NCBI GenBank assembly: GCA_002633005.1
Contig: NMRA01000244.1
Coordinates: 568,482 to 608,628 of the forward strand
From: Phoronis australis
Taxonomy: Eukaryota; Animalia; Phoronida
DNA length: 40,147 bases
Direction of reading: 5' to 3'
Position 1 is the stretch's first letter. Each line of letters begins with the position of its first letter. Shown here piece after piece: positions 12,401-25,780 of this stretch. The translations under genes and the position numbers were made by a program. The notes below the pieces were generated by a model. The model saw nothing but the letters and a program-made list of their open reading frames with translations. It did no database searches and had not been told where the DNA came from.

Positions 12401-15400
12401 TGTGATAGCACGTGAGGAGATAGTGTTTGTTCACCTGGGCAATTTTTAGGTAAAATATTGTGATTAAAAAATTTCTTCTTTATAGAAACCAGTCGTACTT
12501 AAACGCCAGATAAATTATATTTATTTAGACACTGGATGTGGATGTTTTAATTTGTCAACTAAACTGACAAAACATGAACTTGAAAGTTTTGCCCATACGT
12601 GCTCAAAACAAGATGGCGGAACGGAGTGTGATATTTCTTCAGACCAAGCTTATGGGTCACAGCGTGATGTGGAATTTTATCATCTTTGCCTAAAGAAATG
12701 TCTTCCGAGCCAAGAGTTCACTTCTGAACAGAATAAGGAATAAGAAAAGTTCATCAAGATACAAGTGCATTAAATCAAAACTTGTTTATCTTGACAAAAA
12801 GCACGGGTTTTATGAAAGTTTATAAATCGGTAAATAAAACAACAAGAATGGATCTACTGAAATTTGAAATTTTCGGATGTAATAACTTCCTTTATCAACA
12901 AAAACAGAAATAAAGTAAAATCAAACACAAAATGACAATTGACATATAAGATATGAAAGATTAAAAATGGCAACAGAAACAACGGGTAAAATCCCACACT
13001 TTTCATTATACAAATGACCGGTTCACCAGTATATGAGACTAATCTACACATACATGTATTGTACATAAAAACGGATCCTCGCTAATGCTAATAGTCCAGG
13101 GTAATATGCTTGAAAAGGAATTCGATATCACCAAACACAAACATCAAAAATGTGCGATAAATGCTTTTGTCGGCTGTAACAATACATATCGTTTGAAAAG
13201 TTTTCTATCACTGTTAGCTTACGTCAGGAGCTTTTGGCAATTCAACAAAAGGTTGTATTCACCTGTTCGTGGAAGATGTTTGTGTAAGGTGAATAAGATC
13301 TTACTGCATAGATAATTTGATGATAGGTAAACATGCCACTGTGGGTTAAAAGCATTTATGAATAAAAAAATCCTAGGTGAGTTATTGACAGGCCGACAAA
13401 TAACGACTACTGAGTTTCTGGGAAGGAAAAATGGAAGTATTTTTCTCACTTAGAGAACGTAATACAAAAACATAAACAGACAACTAAATTAAATTTTCAT
13501 AGCAGACAAAAATGATTCGTAACTGGTCCTTGCGCAATTGAGGCTAAAATATATCAGTTGTACCTTTTTTGAAAACTTTTTCTGAGTTCTAGGTTTTATA
13601 GAATCTATGCATCATTCGAAACTGTGGCCGTTTTGCTTCAATTTTTATTTCTCCCGTAAGAAACGTGTACTTTAAAGTTAGCGCGATTTCATTTAACAAA
13701 AATTGGGGAGTATTATTCTACACGATGCTCACCCTCGACACTCTATAAACCAAAAAGATTGCGTTTTCAAATATGGCACAAACAAGTGCGGGTATCAAGA
13801 AATTTGAATAATCCCTACATCCGTCATTTGATTCTGATACAGCAATAATCTGAATTAATAATAATGGCGTTAACACATTTCCAGGAACCTGGTATTGCTG
13901 TCAATATAATGCTGAAATAAAGATCATTTTCATATTGTCTGTACAATTTAGCACCGGGAAAAGTCTGAGCTGTGAAAATTTGGCACGTATTTGAACAGCC
14001 TTTTCATTCCTTTCATGAAGCTTAAAATAAGCAAAATACAAGATCTCTTTGTACATGTAAAACGAGCAAATATTATACCTGGATAATTTTCAACGAGAAA
14101 ATATTTTCGCGGGGAGGGCAGGGACTCAACAATTGACAAGGTGTGCGGCAGGGAAATTGGTGCACTTCACCATTTTGGAAATCCCGCCTTTAAGAGGACA
14201 AATACGATTCAAACGGATAAACACGATCTTTTGCACACTGTGTTCCCGATAACAGTTTTTTTGCAATGTTGCAAGAATGGAATCTTTCGAAGACAATTAT
14301 CTCGGAAAAGCACCCTTTTTAAGGAGTCAAGAGCTGGTAACTGTCACTCCACAAGAGGATCAAAAGGTCGACTCTAGAGTCACTGACATTGATCTTGCAA
14401 AAATTGTGCGTTGTGGGATATGTTCAAAAAAATTTTCGGGTCATTATTTTTTAAGTTAGAGCATCGTGAATATTTTGGCCCAAAATAGCCCACTTTTGAT
14501 TCAAAAAGGTTCAGTTCGGATTAAAAGAACGGGAAGGAAAAAATTTATAAAATGCTTATTTGAACTTCTCTATCAAAGGAGTTTCCGTTAACCTTCACTG
14601 GAGAGCCAAAACTCCATTTTTGTGCATTTGATTTTTAGCCATTTTGAGGTGCTCTGGTGGCAAGCTGGCCGGTGATTTTCAATATTTTTCACCAGTTTGC
14701 TGTCTGACTAAGAAAATAAAAAGTGGGCTCTTCGTTTTTGAGTATCAGCCGATAGAAAAGACACACCATCGTATTTTACAGTCCGTGACTACGGGCAGTA
14801 TGCAGCTGTATCTTAAAAAATTCATAAAGGTGCTTCATTAGTTTTTGCAAATATATTTCTATGATGATCGAGTCGGTTGACGTCGAATTTTAGATACCGG
14901 GTACTTCGACTACTGCTGCCCCTGGTGGCAGTTTCTATAACTAGATTTCTTTGGTGAAATTTCCTGGCCAAAACGTTTCCATCCAGGAAACGGTGGCACA
15001 AGTATGTTTGAGAACAACGTTTCAATATTATTCGAGTACTCTGTTAGAATATTTTGTTTTCTGTTCGCTATTGTACCTGAGGATGACTTTTGATTAATAT
15101 CAAAATGTTGTTTACATGCTGCACTCTGTCGTTTTTGTTTTCCATTTCTTATTGTAATTTCGCCAAAAACTAAAATCATTTTCATGCATGTTTTAGAGTA
15201 AGTCTAACCAGTGCTGCAACCCCGGAGCTTTGACATGTNNNCCCCCCGTCAGCTGCTTATTGCCACTTTATCATCTTTTTATAATTTTTACAAGATGCTA
15301 ATTGTTTACCCGAATCCACCCAAATCTGACTGTGTCACTTGCTATCACGCTTCCACAAGAGATAAAAATGACATCTCTTAAGAATATTAGACTCACAAGT

Positions 15401-16408
15401 TTCAAAGTTTCATTATAGCTAAGGCTAACATATAGACAAGTGATCTCGGTACAAAGTAATACGCGCACTAAAATGATCCTAACAGCCTTTTGTCACAATA
15501 AGTAACTTGGTATGTACTTTGGAAAATTTCAACAACAACACAGGCTGAACCAAGCCCATGGCATGAAAGTAGTCATGCATAATTGTTACTATGGCGACAG
15601 AGTATCATAAAAGCGTTCCTCCTTAAACTAGAATTTGACAAGCATGCTAATAAAAAAGATGAAGCTATGATGCAGAAGGATTCGAGTAAGCTTCACATTT
15701 CATAATCCAAATGTCACCCATTTGTGTAAATCAAGTGGCGCCGACTATTGCCCCAATTCCTGCATCTCCAAAATTGAAAAGGGGGGGCTATGAAGAACCC
15801 AACTGCGAGTCCTCCCAATATTATCACACGGAAGCCCCTGCAGTCTTTGCTATATGAACGTCTCTGTGGATTGCTTCCACTTCTTTCACCATTAGTCCGA
15901 GCGTTTGGATGATCTGATTTCATGTTGCACTTTCTTTTCCAGTTTCTGATTCAGTCATTTGTTATGTTGCGAAACGCCTCCTTTCTCCATCTGCAAAAAT
16001 GATAAACTGTATAATCATTGTCATCGTGAATATTTAAAGAGCCATTTCGCAGCTATTTAGCAATCAATGTGGAACTCTTACTGAAGAACTTAAGTGTATA
16101 AAAGCCAAGACACGCTTATCCAATCTTGAATTGCTGCGAAATAAAGGAGCCGACAATTCAAGTCGCAAGCAATGCGTAAACGTGTCATTTTTGGCTTTGC
16201 AATAAAATCTGAAGGTGTATCTCGAATCTTTGACTCTGACTGCGTCACAGTTGTTGTTGGTAACAAACGCCAAATCCCATCACACTTGGAAAATTTCAAA
16301 ACCGACAGCAGTACATTTAGAAGGTAAAAAAGCTTCTCGTTTTCAGTCTTCTAAACAAGAGCGACATGTCTCTCAAGTGCAATAATTGCGTTCTTGCGGA
16401 TGCACGAA

Positions 16409-19400
16409 CGCAATAACAAGTTGGTACAGACGTCACAATCGTGTGCAATGATTGTTCTAGATACACGTTTTGCCGTCAATGCGTTGTGACGATGCGTTAA
16501 TGGCGAGAAAGTGACAAGTTTTCAAAAACCGCACGTGCGCCTGTCACCTCGGATTTGATCCTGTATCCAAACCTTAGAACACGACTTGATTGGTGAACCT
16601 CCATCAACACTCCTGGTTTCATTTTGTCTGACGCACTGCCTCCGCCCCTCGTTCCCGATGTCTGTAGGCTTTTATTGTAGGCCAAGTGCGACATATGTCC
16701 CATATATTTATTACTGTAATCATTCGCGATTTATTCCAGTAATAATAAGTAATAATTCTTTAGCCAATCAGAAGCCAGGAATTATTACTGTTATAAATAT
16801 TTACGACTGTATTAATATTTATTTCAATAACAACTGTTTATTACTGGAATAAATCAACCAACCAGATGCCAGGAATAGTTACTGTAATAAATATTTATTA
16901 GTGTGCTTAATATTTATTACAGAAATAAATATTTATTAGAGTAATATTCCTGGCTTCTGTTTGGCTCAATTAATACTGGAATAAATCGTGAATTATTACT
17001 GTAATAAATAGGACGTATGTCGCACTTGGCCTACAATAAATGACCGGTTTTGGTGTGGCAAGCGTTTACGAGAACTAAAACAAGGGAATTCTCACTCTCC
17101 ATCGATAAATACGCCCGGTGTTTTTTGGATAGCGTCAGACGTGAACTCGTTATATAGTGAGGGGTGAAGAGCAGTGTGTGTGCCGATTCGCAAATGGTGG
17201 ACGCCAATCTGCCTTTTTCATAATAAATAAATTCGCGCTTTATTTGACAATCAAAGACTTTGAAAGGACGTGATTGAACGATTAATGAAAATAATAAAAC
17301 AGCATATCACGCATCAGAAAATGACAGAAAATCCCACGGCCCAAGATTATCGATTGAAAAATACTGAATCTCTTGCAAAGATCAAGAGATTAATTTGACA
17401 CAAAATATTGACTTCAGCTTCACACTAATGTTGGACTCGACCCGGAGGGGTATTCGATTGTTCTAGTTTGACATTCGATGTAGCTGGACGATACTCAGAC
17501 ATTTAGAAAATGGACTCGGCCAAAAAGGACCTATTTGTAGGGAGCATCCGTGAAAATTTCAAAATAGGGAGTTCCCCCGAGAACTTGATCTGATTTCTCA
17601 ATATTACTTTTTATGTCTAGTCAAAGCTAATAACAGTAAATCTACATATATCTCAACCAGCAATTATCACAATTGTGCGTTTTTGTGCCTTATGGTCACT
17701 GAATTGTCTAACAAAGCTTAAAAAGTCCTTAATTATGGAAGACTAACGTTGTTTTTGATATTGATAAATAAATATTGATCAAATTAGAATGTTTCAATGA
17801 AATCCACTCAGCCGTTTCAAGAACTTGTGCTCAAGCTCAAGTGAATTCGATTTGCCGAAGCCGAGAAAACGCTGAAAACGTCGCGAGTCTAGAAAATCTG
17901 ACGCTTTTCGTTTAATCAGTCGGCGAAAACTTGGTTTTGGTCAATACGTTACCCATACATGCCTTAGCCATGTTTGTTAATTCAATTTTCACTCGCGATG
18001 TCCTAAGCATGGACGGTGCAGCACTAAAATAAGTATTGGGTTATAGCCTCCCAGACCCTATGGTAAGTGATTTCTCCCAGCAAAGGCTTCGCAAGTGTCT
18101 TATTGGGTCTACAGAACGCAGCCGCAATATATAGCTATTGTGGTTACTACAGCAGAACAATAAACAACTCTGAGAGACAGAATCACAAGCACACAGAATA
18201 AAATAGAAGGTAAAAAGCATATATTGGATGTACAATTCGTACTTTTAATTTTACTGTCCTCTTTTTCCAGAATGAAATTATCAAAAATCAAGCATTTCAA
18301 GGATTCATTAATAATGTAGTTGTTTACAGATTCATTGCATTATATATTAAAATTTATTAATTCTTGTGCCCGTGGTTGCGGAGGTAAAACTGATCCCGCC
18401 TCATTTTTACGTTCGCTGTAAGAGAGTTGAACACATTTTTAATTTATCGTTGAATTGTTTTCAAATTTGATGGTTTGTATTTTGGTCTAAACTTAATGAA
18501 AATCTGTGAAAAAAGTGGGGCACACTGCATTAGTTTTTCGTTACTACCGCTCAAACAAACATGTTGAATTTACATGGATTATTGATTAACCACTTCTAAT
18601 TAAGTTTATGAATACAATTCCTTTAGAAACATATTGATTGTATTATCACCCATGTTTAACGGGTTTAATTATTTTTCCATCTTTCCTGACTTTCTTATGT
18701 CTCGGCGGATTTTGAATACGGCAGACGAATTTTTAACGTCTCTGGTCTCACACAAAAAGTTACCGTCGTTTTTTTAATGTTTTGGTTTGACATCCCTCGT
18801 ATTTACTATAATAAGAAAAAAAATTAGCTCATATAGCCTCACGTATGAAAGTGCCAGTTGACCCCTCAACAATGTACCGACATTAAGGTCAACTTGACCG
18901 TGACCTTATGCGTTGCATTCCATCACGTGTGATAATTGTGAAACAAGTTTTGTTGGTGAAACTAGTGCGAATTTGCCGTTTTACCGCGAATTAGACAGAT
19001 ACAATATATATTTGCAGTCGTGTGTTTCCGTATTCTTTTTTAACACTATTTCCCTGTAAAAAGATGTCCCGCCGTGCTATTTGAATAACAAAAAATTAAT
19101 GCAAAATCAACATTTTCAAATTTATTTAATATTAAACAACAACAAAATACAGCGTGACATGTAACTGTAATAGCATCTCTACAAAATGTTAAAAATTGTG
19201 CAACTTCATGGTATCAGACGTTTGAGCGCATGCGCCACTCGAGTACGAAGGGGCCGACATCCTATTGCGAGTATTCAATATTTTTATAGCACAGAAAAGG
19301 TATGCGGCGTCATTTGCACAAGTTTTACATTTCTCGGTCCCTTTCAAATCTAAAGAAATTTAGACTCTTGAATTTTCCTTCTGAATATTGACATGAAGTG

Positions 19401-19495
19401 GCGGCACAAAAGTGGCGGTTTTGTTTACCCTTCCCAATGTCTTTCCGCCCCTAGCTGTTCGGCCGTACTCACCAGACCGAGGGCGCGCTCCTGCC
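16409..19495 (+). repeat. Copy 1 of a ~3.1-kb tandem duplication
   Basis: Runs cgcaataacaagttggtacagacgtc ... gggcgcgctcctgcc, collinear with 19497-22546. A single N at 19496 separates the copies. Confidence 0.95.
16671..17040. mobile_element. AT-rich foldback/MITE-like element with 25-bp perfect terminal inverted repeats
   Basis: TTTATTGTAGGCCAAGTGCGACATA ... TATGTCGCACTTGGCCTACAATAAA. The interior is built from TATTACTGTAATAAATA and CCAATCAGAAGCCAGGAA subrepeats in both orientations. Confidence 0.8.
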
Positions 19496-19753
19496 NCGCA
19501 GTAGCAAGTTGGTACAGACGTCACAATCGTGTGCAATGATTGTTCTAGATACACGTTTTGCCAAAAATGTGTTGTGACGATGCGTTAATGGCGAGAAAGT
19601 GACAAGTTTTCAAAAACCGCACGTGCGCCTGTCACCTCGGATTTGATCCTGTATCCAAACCAGAGAACACGACTTGACTGATGAAGCTGCATCAACACTC
19701 TTTCTGGTTTCATTTTGTCTGACGCACTGCCTCGTTCCCGATGTCTATAGGCT

Positions 19754-20092
19754 TTTATTGTAAGCCATATGTCCCATATATTACTGTAATCATTCGCGAT
19801 TTATTCCAGTAATAATAAGTAATAATTCTTTAGCCAGCCAATCAGAAGCCACGAATAATTACTGTTATAGATATTTATGACTGTATTAATATTTATTTCA
19901 ATAACAAGTGTTTATTACTGGAATAAATCAACCAATCAGATGCCAGGAATAATTACTGTAATAAATATTTATTAGTGTGCTTAATATTTATTACAGTAAT
20001 AAATATTCATTAGAGTAATCATTCCTGGCTTCTGTTTGGCTCAATTATTACTGTAATAAATAGGACGTATGTCGCACTTGGCCTACAATAAA
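19754..20092. mobile_element. Second copy of the foldback element; left inverted repeat partly deleted
   Basis: Left end tttattgtaagcc-atatgtcc lacks the AAGTGCGAC core; right inverted repeat intact. Confidence 0.75.
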
Positions 20093-22286
20093 TGACCGGT
20101 TTTGGTGTGGCAAGCGTTTACGAGAACTAAAACAAGGGAATTCGCACTCTCCATCGATAAATACGCCCGGTGTTTTTTGGATAGCGTCAGACGTGAACTC
20201 GTTATATAGGGATGAAGAGCAGTGTGTGTGCCGATTCACAAATGGTGGACGCCAATCTGCCTTCTTCATAATAAATAAATTCGCACTTTATTTCACAATT
20301 AAAGACTTTGAAAGGACGTGACTGAACGATCAATGAAAATAATAAAACAGCATATCACGCATCAGAAAATGACAGAAAATCCCACGGCCCAAGATTATCG
20401 ATTGAAAAATACTGAATCTCTTGCAAAGATCAAGAGATTAATTTGACACAAAATATTGACTTCAGCTTCACACTAATGTTGGACTCGACTCGGAGGGGTA
20501 TTCGATTTTTCTAGTTTGACATTCGATGTAGCTGGACGATACTCAGACATTTAGAAAATGGACTCGGCCAAAAAGGACCTATTTGTAAGGAGCATCCGTG
20601 AAAATTTCAAAATAGGGAGTTCCCCCGAGAACTTGATCTGATTTCTCAATATTATTTTTTATGTCTAGTCAAAGCTAATAACAGTAAATCTACATTTATC
20701 TCAACCAGCAATTATCACAATTGTGCGTTTTTATGCCTGATGGTCACTGAACTGTCTAACAAAGCTTAAAAAGTCCTTAATTATGGAAGACTAACGTTGT
20801 TTTTGATATTGATAAATAAATATTGAAATTAAAATGTTTCAATGAAATCCACTCAAACGTTTCAAGAACTTGTGTTCAAGTTCAAGTGAATTCGATTTGC
20901 CGAAGCCGAGAAAACGCGGAAAACGTCGCGAGTCTAGAAAATCTGTCGCTTTTCGTTTAATCAGTCGGCAAAAACTTGGTTTTGGTCAATACGTTACCCA
21001 TACATGCCTTAGCCATGTTTGTTAATTCAATTTCACTCGCGATGTCCTAAGCATGGACGGTGCAGCACTAAAATAAGTATTGGGTTATAGCCTCCCAGAC
21101 CCTATGGTAAGTGATTTCTCCCAGCAAAGGCTTCGCGAGTGTCTTATTGGGTCTACAGAACGCAGCCGCAATATATAGCTATTGTGGTTACTACAGCAGA
21201 ACAATGAAAAACTCTGAGAGTCAGAATCACAAGCACACAGAATTAACTAGAAGGTAAAAAGCATATATTGGATGTACAAGTCGTACTTTTTATTTTACTG
21301 TCCTGTTTTCCAGAATGAAACTATCAAAAATCATTCATTTCAAGGACTCATTAATAATGCAGTTGGTTACAGATTCACTGCATTATATAAATTTATTTAT
21401 TCTTGTGCCCGTGGTTGCGGAGGTAAAACTGGTTCCGCCTCATTTTTACGTTCCCTGTAAGAGAGTTGAACATATTTTTTAATTTATCGTTGAATTGTTT
21501 TCAAATTTGATGGTTTGTATTTTGGTCTAAACTTACTGAAAATCTGTGAAAAAAGTGGGGCACACTGCATTAGTTTTTCGTTACTACCGCTCAAACAAAC
21601 ATGTTTAATTTACATGGATTACTGATTAACCACTTCTAATTAAGTTTATGAATACAATTCCTTTAGAAACATATTGATTTTATTATCACTCATGTTAACG
21701 GGTTTAATTATTTTTCCATCTTTCCTGACTTTCATATATCTCGGCGGATTTTGAGTACGGCAGACGAATTTTTAACGTCTCTAGTCTCACACAAAAAAGT
21801 TAACGTCGTTTTTTAATGTTTTGGTTTGACATCCCTGGTATTTATAATACTATAATAAGGAAAAAATTAGCTTATATAACCTCATGTATGAAAGTGCCAG
21901 TTGACCCCTCAACAATGTACCGACATCAAGGTCAACTTGACCGTGACCTTACGCGCTGCATTCCATAACGTGGGATTATTGTGAAACAAGTTTTGTTGGT
22001 GAAACTAGTGCGTGGCTTTTCTTCCTTAATAACTTGCCGTTTTACCGCGAATTAGACAGATACAATATATATTTGCAGTCGTGTGTGTCCGTATTCTTTT
22101 TTAACACTATTTTCCTGTAAAAAGATGACCCGCCGTGCTGTTTGAAAAACAAAAAATTAATGCAAAATCAACATTTTCAAATTTAATTAATATTAAACAA
22201 CAACAAAATACAGCGTGACATGTAACTGTAATAGCATATCTACAAAATGTTGAAAATTGTGCAACTTCATGGTATCAGACGTTTGA

Positions 22287-22296
22287 GCGCATGCGC
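22287..22296. promoter_or_regulatory. GCGCATGCGC palindrome (NRF1-type motif) in a CpG-richer patch; also at 19226-19235
   Basis: Exact match to the NRF1 core palindrome, just upstream of the THAP relic. Function unverified. Confidence 0.35.
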
Positions 22297-22314
22297 CACT
22301 CGAGTACGAAGGGG

Positions 22315-22592
22315 CCGACATCCTATTGCGAGTGTTCAATATGTAGTAGCACAGAAAAGGTATGCACAAGTTTTACATTTCTCGATCCCTTTCAAACCTA
22401 AAGAAATTTAGTCTCTTGCATTTTCCTTCTGAATATTTACATGAAAATGCGGCACAAACGTGGCGCTTTTGTTTACCTTTCGCAATGTCTTTCCGCCCCT
22501 AGCTGTCCGGCCGTACTCGGCACCAGAACGAGGGCGCGCTCCTGCCTCAGTGGTTGAGAGAGACTAAGAAGGACACTGTCCCATTGTTATTC
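22315..22592 (+). pseudogene. Decayed THAP zinc-finger domain, probably the transposase N-terminus
   Basis: Across frameshifts: PTSYCECSICSSTEK (C-x4-C), GV/HLHKF (better kept in copy 1 near 19306-19325), FKPK, LHFP, KKDTVPLLF (AVPTIF-box-like). The conserved Trp region appears deleted. Confidence 0.55.
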
Positions 22593-23013
22593 AAGTTTTT
22601 TAAAAGCAAAAAGTTCAAATTTTTTGATGAAAGCATGTTTTGAATATGTTCAGCTGTTTTAAATATACAGATGATCTCATGTTTTAATGACTACTCACGA
22701 ACCAGGTGTTAGCGGGAACGTTTACCAGACTGGCAAAGAGTCAGTCATACTGCGAGGCTCTTTAAAAAAGCCCTTGTGGTCAGCTGTGGAACTAATTTTA
22801 GATTCAGTGGAAGTCGCCATTTGCAAAGAAAACAGCATTCAACGCTCATTATCTTGAAGTTAAAGTAAGGCTTTTTAAGTTAAATTCTGCACGTGTTATT
22901 GTTTGTAAGAGTTATTTCGATGCCAGGATTTGAAAAAAATGTTGAATTTGCTCACAATTGGGAGTTATTTTTTATTTTGCAAAAATGTGTTTCGAGCTGT
23001 TTTCAACTTCAAG

Positions 23014-24467
23014 GCCAAGGCCAAGGCCCAGCAGTGCACAGCACTCATTCATATTGGGGTTTTGCTTGCCTGACCGAACGTGGCACTGGTCGGATCAGAG
23101 AAACGGTGGTTCACCAGCCAACTTCCTTGGCAGTATTCGACCTGAGTCTTCTCTAGATTTTTAAAGGAACTTCACAGATTCCACAAATGTCCAAAAGTTC
23201 CACCACCCAGTCACGCTGTGGTGACTAGTGTAGACAGGGACAGTATAGTACCTGTGACACAGTCACTAGCTGTGCTAAAATCAAGAGTTGGAATTGACGA
23301 CGTGATCAATGTTCTGACATGTTTGAACATTGTGCAACCTTCCAATCGCAGCCTGCAGAAAAATGAATGATATGAGCCAAACGGTAACTCAACTGAATGA
23401 AGAGCAGGTGATTGACTCATTGACATTGAGAACCAACGCTACGTTAGAAAAGTCAGTACTCTGGCTGGTGGCGAAGGTGTTGCAGACGTTCAGTTTGACG
23501 TTTCATACTCCAATAGGCCACAAGGTGGTTGCGAGAAAGCCAAACAGAGCTTCGGGGGACTTGTGTTGTGGAGCACACGACGACCTTAAAACTTCCACTG
23601 GCCCTTGCCATGGCAAACAAACACTGCAGGATTACCGACTGCAAGCATAAACACTACAGCAAAAATTACGCACCTGAGCAACCCATTGCATCAAGTGAGC
23701 GCACACTGCTACAAACCAGGCCCAGTGCAGTGGAAAACACTGGGGTGGAGCTGAAGATCACAAGCATAACAACTGATGCCAGCAGCCAAGAGTCAAAAGT
23801 CATTATTACAGTGGTGAAAGACAAAAACCTGCAAATGTTTCATCCACAGACTGAGGAGAATGCAAAAAAGCATTAATGAAGTGGGGCTGAAGTTTTGCTA
23901 GCTCACACGTCACTAGAACTTGAGGAAATTTTCTCTGCTATTACGAGCTGTGTTACAAAAGGAACTTACAAACCCAAAAATAAGAAGAACCGAGTGAGTC
24001 GATTTTTTGAAACTCAAGGCTGCTGTTGTGTACAGTTAATTCGCTGTCTCTCGGACAGCACCATCATGGTCACCAACTTTTGTCTGTGCATCGCTCACCA
24101 CATCAACTAAGAACTCGGTGAAAGTGACTTGAGGACTGTGCAAAACAAAATCAATTTGTATTTTGACCAGTAACAACTCAGCGATGTGCAATACCTATTC
24201 AACACAAACATTAGCAGCTGTTTATGTGTATATGCCAAACGCGAAACGATATACTCCATGTTTCACAGTACTGTCATTCAGCTGTTCGTTGAAGAACCTT
24301 GGGACAAGGCCACAAGGGAGATAGACAGTGAAGCTGACAGATACAACGGGACTAACCGTGCCTGCAAACATTGGTATGAACACAATTCTGAGGAAACTGG
24401 ACTCCAGAAAATGCTACCATACCAAGCGAAAGTCAACCCAAGCAAACAAAATGGTCATGTACTATGA
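23014..24467 (+). mobile_element. Frameshifted DDE transposase relic (Kolobok/Mutator-like family of marine invertebrates)
   Basis: Consecutive + strand pieces: LAVLKSRVGIDDVINVLTCLNIVQPSNRSLQK / MNDMSQTVTQLNEEQV / VVEHTTTLKLPLALAMANKHC..C.H...KNYAPEQPIASSE / LKITSITTDASSQ / YLFNTN / YAKRET...FHS. The NK-C..C..N..E and TTD pattern fits this group. Multiple stops and frameshifts. Confidence 0.65.
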
Positions 24468-25780
24468 GGGAGAGGCTAGACAACACGAAACTGTTTGATG
24501 GATCTGTCTAGAATTCAATATGCATAGCATCTACTAATGCTGCTGATCACAACTGCTAGTACATACTCGGTCACTGGTTGTGTTTTAGTCTAAAACAAAA
24601 ACTATTTAACTAAATAATAATTGTAAAATGGTACTTAAGCTCTTGATAAGATTATCATATTAGCAGGCATGATTTGTATCCCCGGTGACCTGTGCATTCC
24701 CCATTATTTTTACTAATCTGTCAAGAGTTATTAATTTTGGGAGGTTCATATGAAAGATAGGAATATTTTATAGGATTATGACAGAGGTGGGAAACTTGAT
24801 GTGACTGGGACAGCCAGTGGGGCATGCCCTGGAGATAACTAGACCAGCGATGCGCCTGTGTACTATGACATACTGTCCTGAAGTAAACACAGTACTAGAA
24901 CGCCGTATTCTTTGTTATTGACAGCTGACACTGTCCCTCAGGGCGAGACTTTAAAGAGACGGTTTGTTTTAGACTATGGCAAGTTCAAAATTTAAGGGTG
25001 CTTGAAAGAACATATTGCCCATGGACGAGAGAGGGTAGTTCACATGTAAAAAGGTATTTTTGAGTTACATGGGATAGCACTGTAGTCCACTATGACTTAA
25101 TGAACATTAAAATGTCATTTGGAATGCGTCATTGTCTTCTGCTTAATCCCTGGCACCACATACACACCCAGCTGCCGGACTCCACGCCACCAGCTGGACC
25201 AAATCCACACGTGTTTCATTACTAGCGACCAACAAAAAGTATTGGAATGACTTTGATCAGTGTCAGAGAGAAGAATTTGTGCCACGACTTAGAAATGTCT
25301 GTTAAAAATTTCTCTTTTTCTTTTAGGGGGCATAGATTCAATTTTCATGGAGTTTTGCCTACCAGAACACATCAATCTTTTTCTTCACTCTGTCAAAAAC
25401 CGTAGGCAAAGAATGATAAGTTTAGAGTCATTTCACATCAGGAGCCCTGCAAATGAGCACAGAAACTTTATTTTGTCTTGTATTTTCGGCCCTTTCACTC
25501 CTACTGAAAAGCAAGGTAAGCTAAGAAAAAAGGGCAAAACACAATAAAAAATCACAATTTCTAAATTTTGTCCAGAATGGTTCCTCTTCATCTGCTCAGT
25601 TATTTTGTGACGTAAAACATGGTGCGACATGAAGCTTAAAATTTTATAAACTTGAAACTCAGTTTTTAGTGAAGATTCACCCACTAAAGTGCAGCGTACT
25701 CTCACATGTTGCTCACAGTGACGTGACTGACTACTGTGTTCAGTTGAAGTATTTGTGATTCATTCTGTTCCAGCTCCATC

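Larger units (their letters stand above)
19497..22546 (+). repeat. Copy 2 of the ~3.1-kb tandem duplication (probably the alternative haplotype)
   Basis: Runs cgcagtagcaagttggtacagacgtc ... gggcgcgctcctgcc, with scattered SNPs and short indels relative to copy 1. Confidence 0.95.

Noticed and set aside
13948-14139. Protein kinase-like fragment (YFLVENYPG...KGMKRL...FHSSDF)
   Set aside because: No HRD, DFG or glycine-rich loop is recognisable; the resemblance is too weak.
16409-22546. Long terminal direct repeats or LTRs of a mobile element
   Set aside because: The copies abut at an N with no internal region, TSD or TG...CA ends; an assembly overlap is the simpler explanation.
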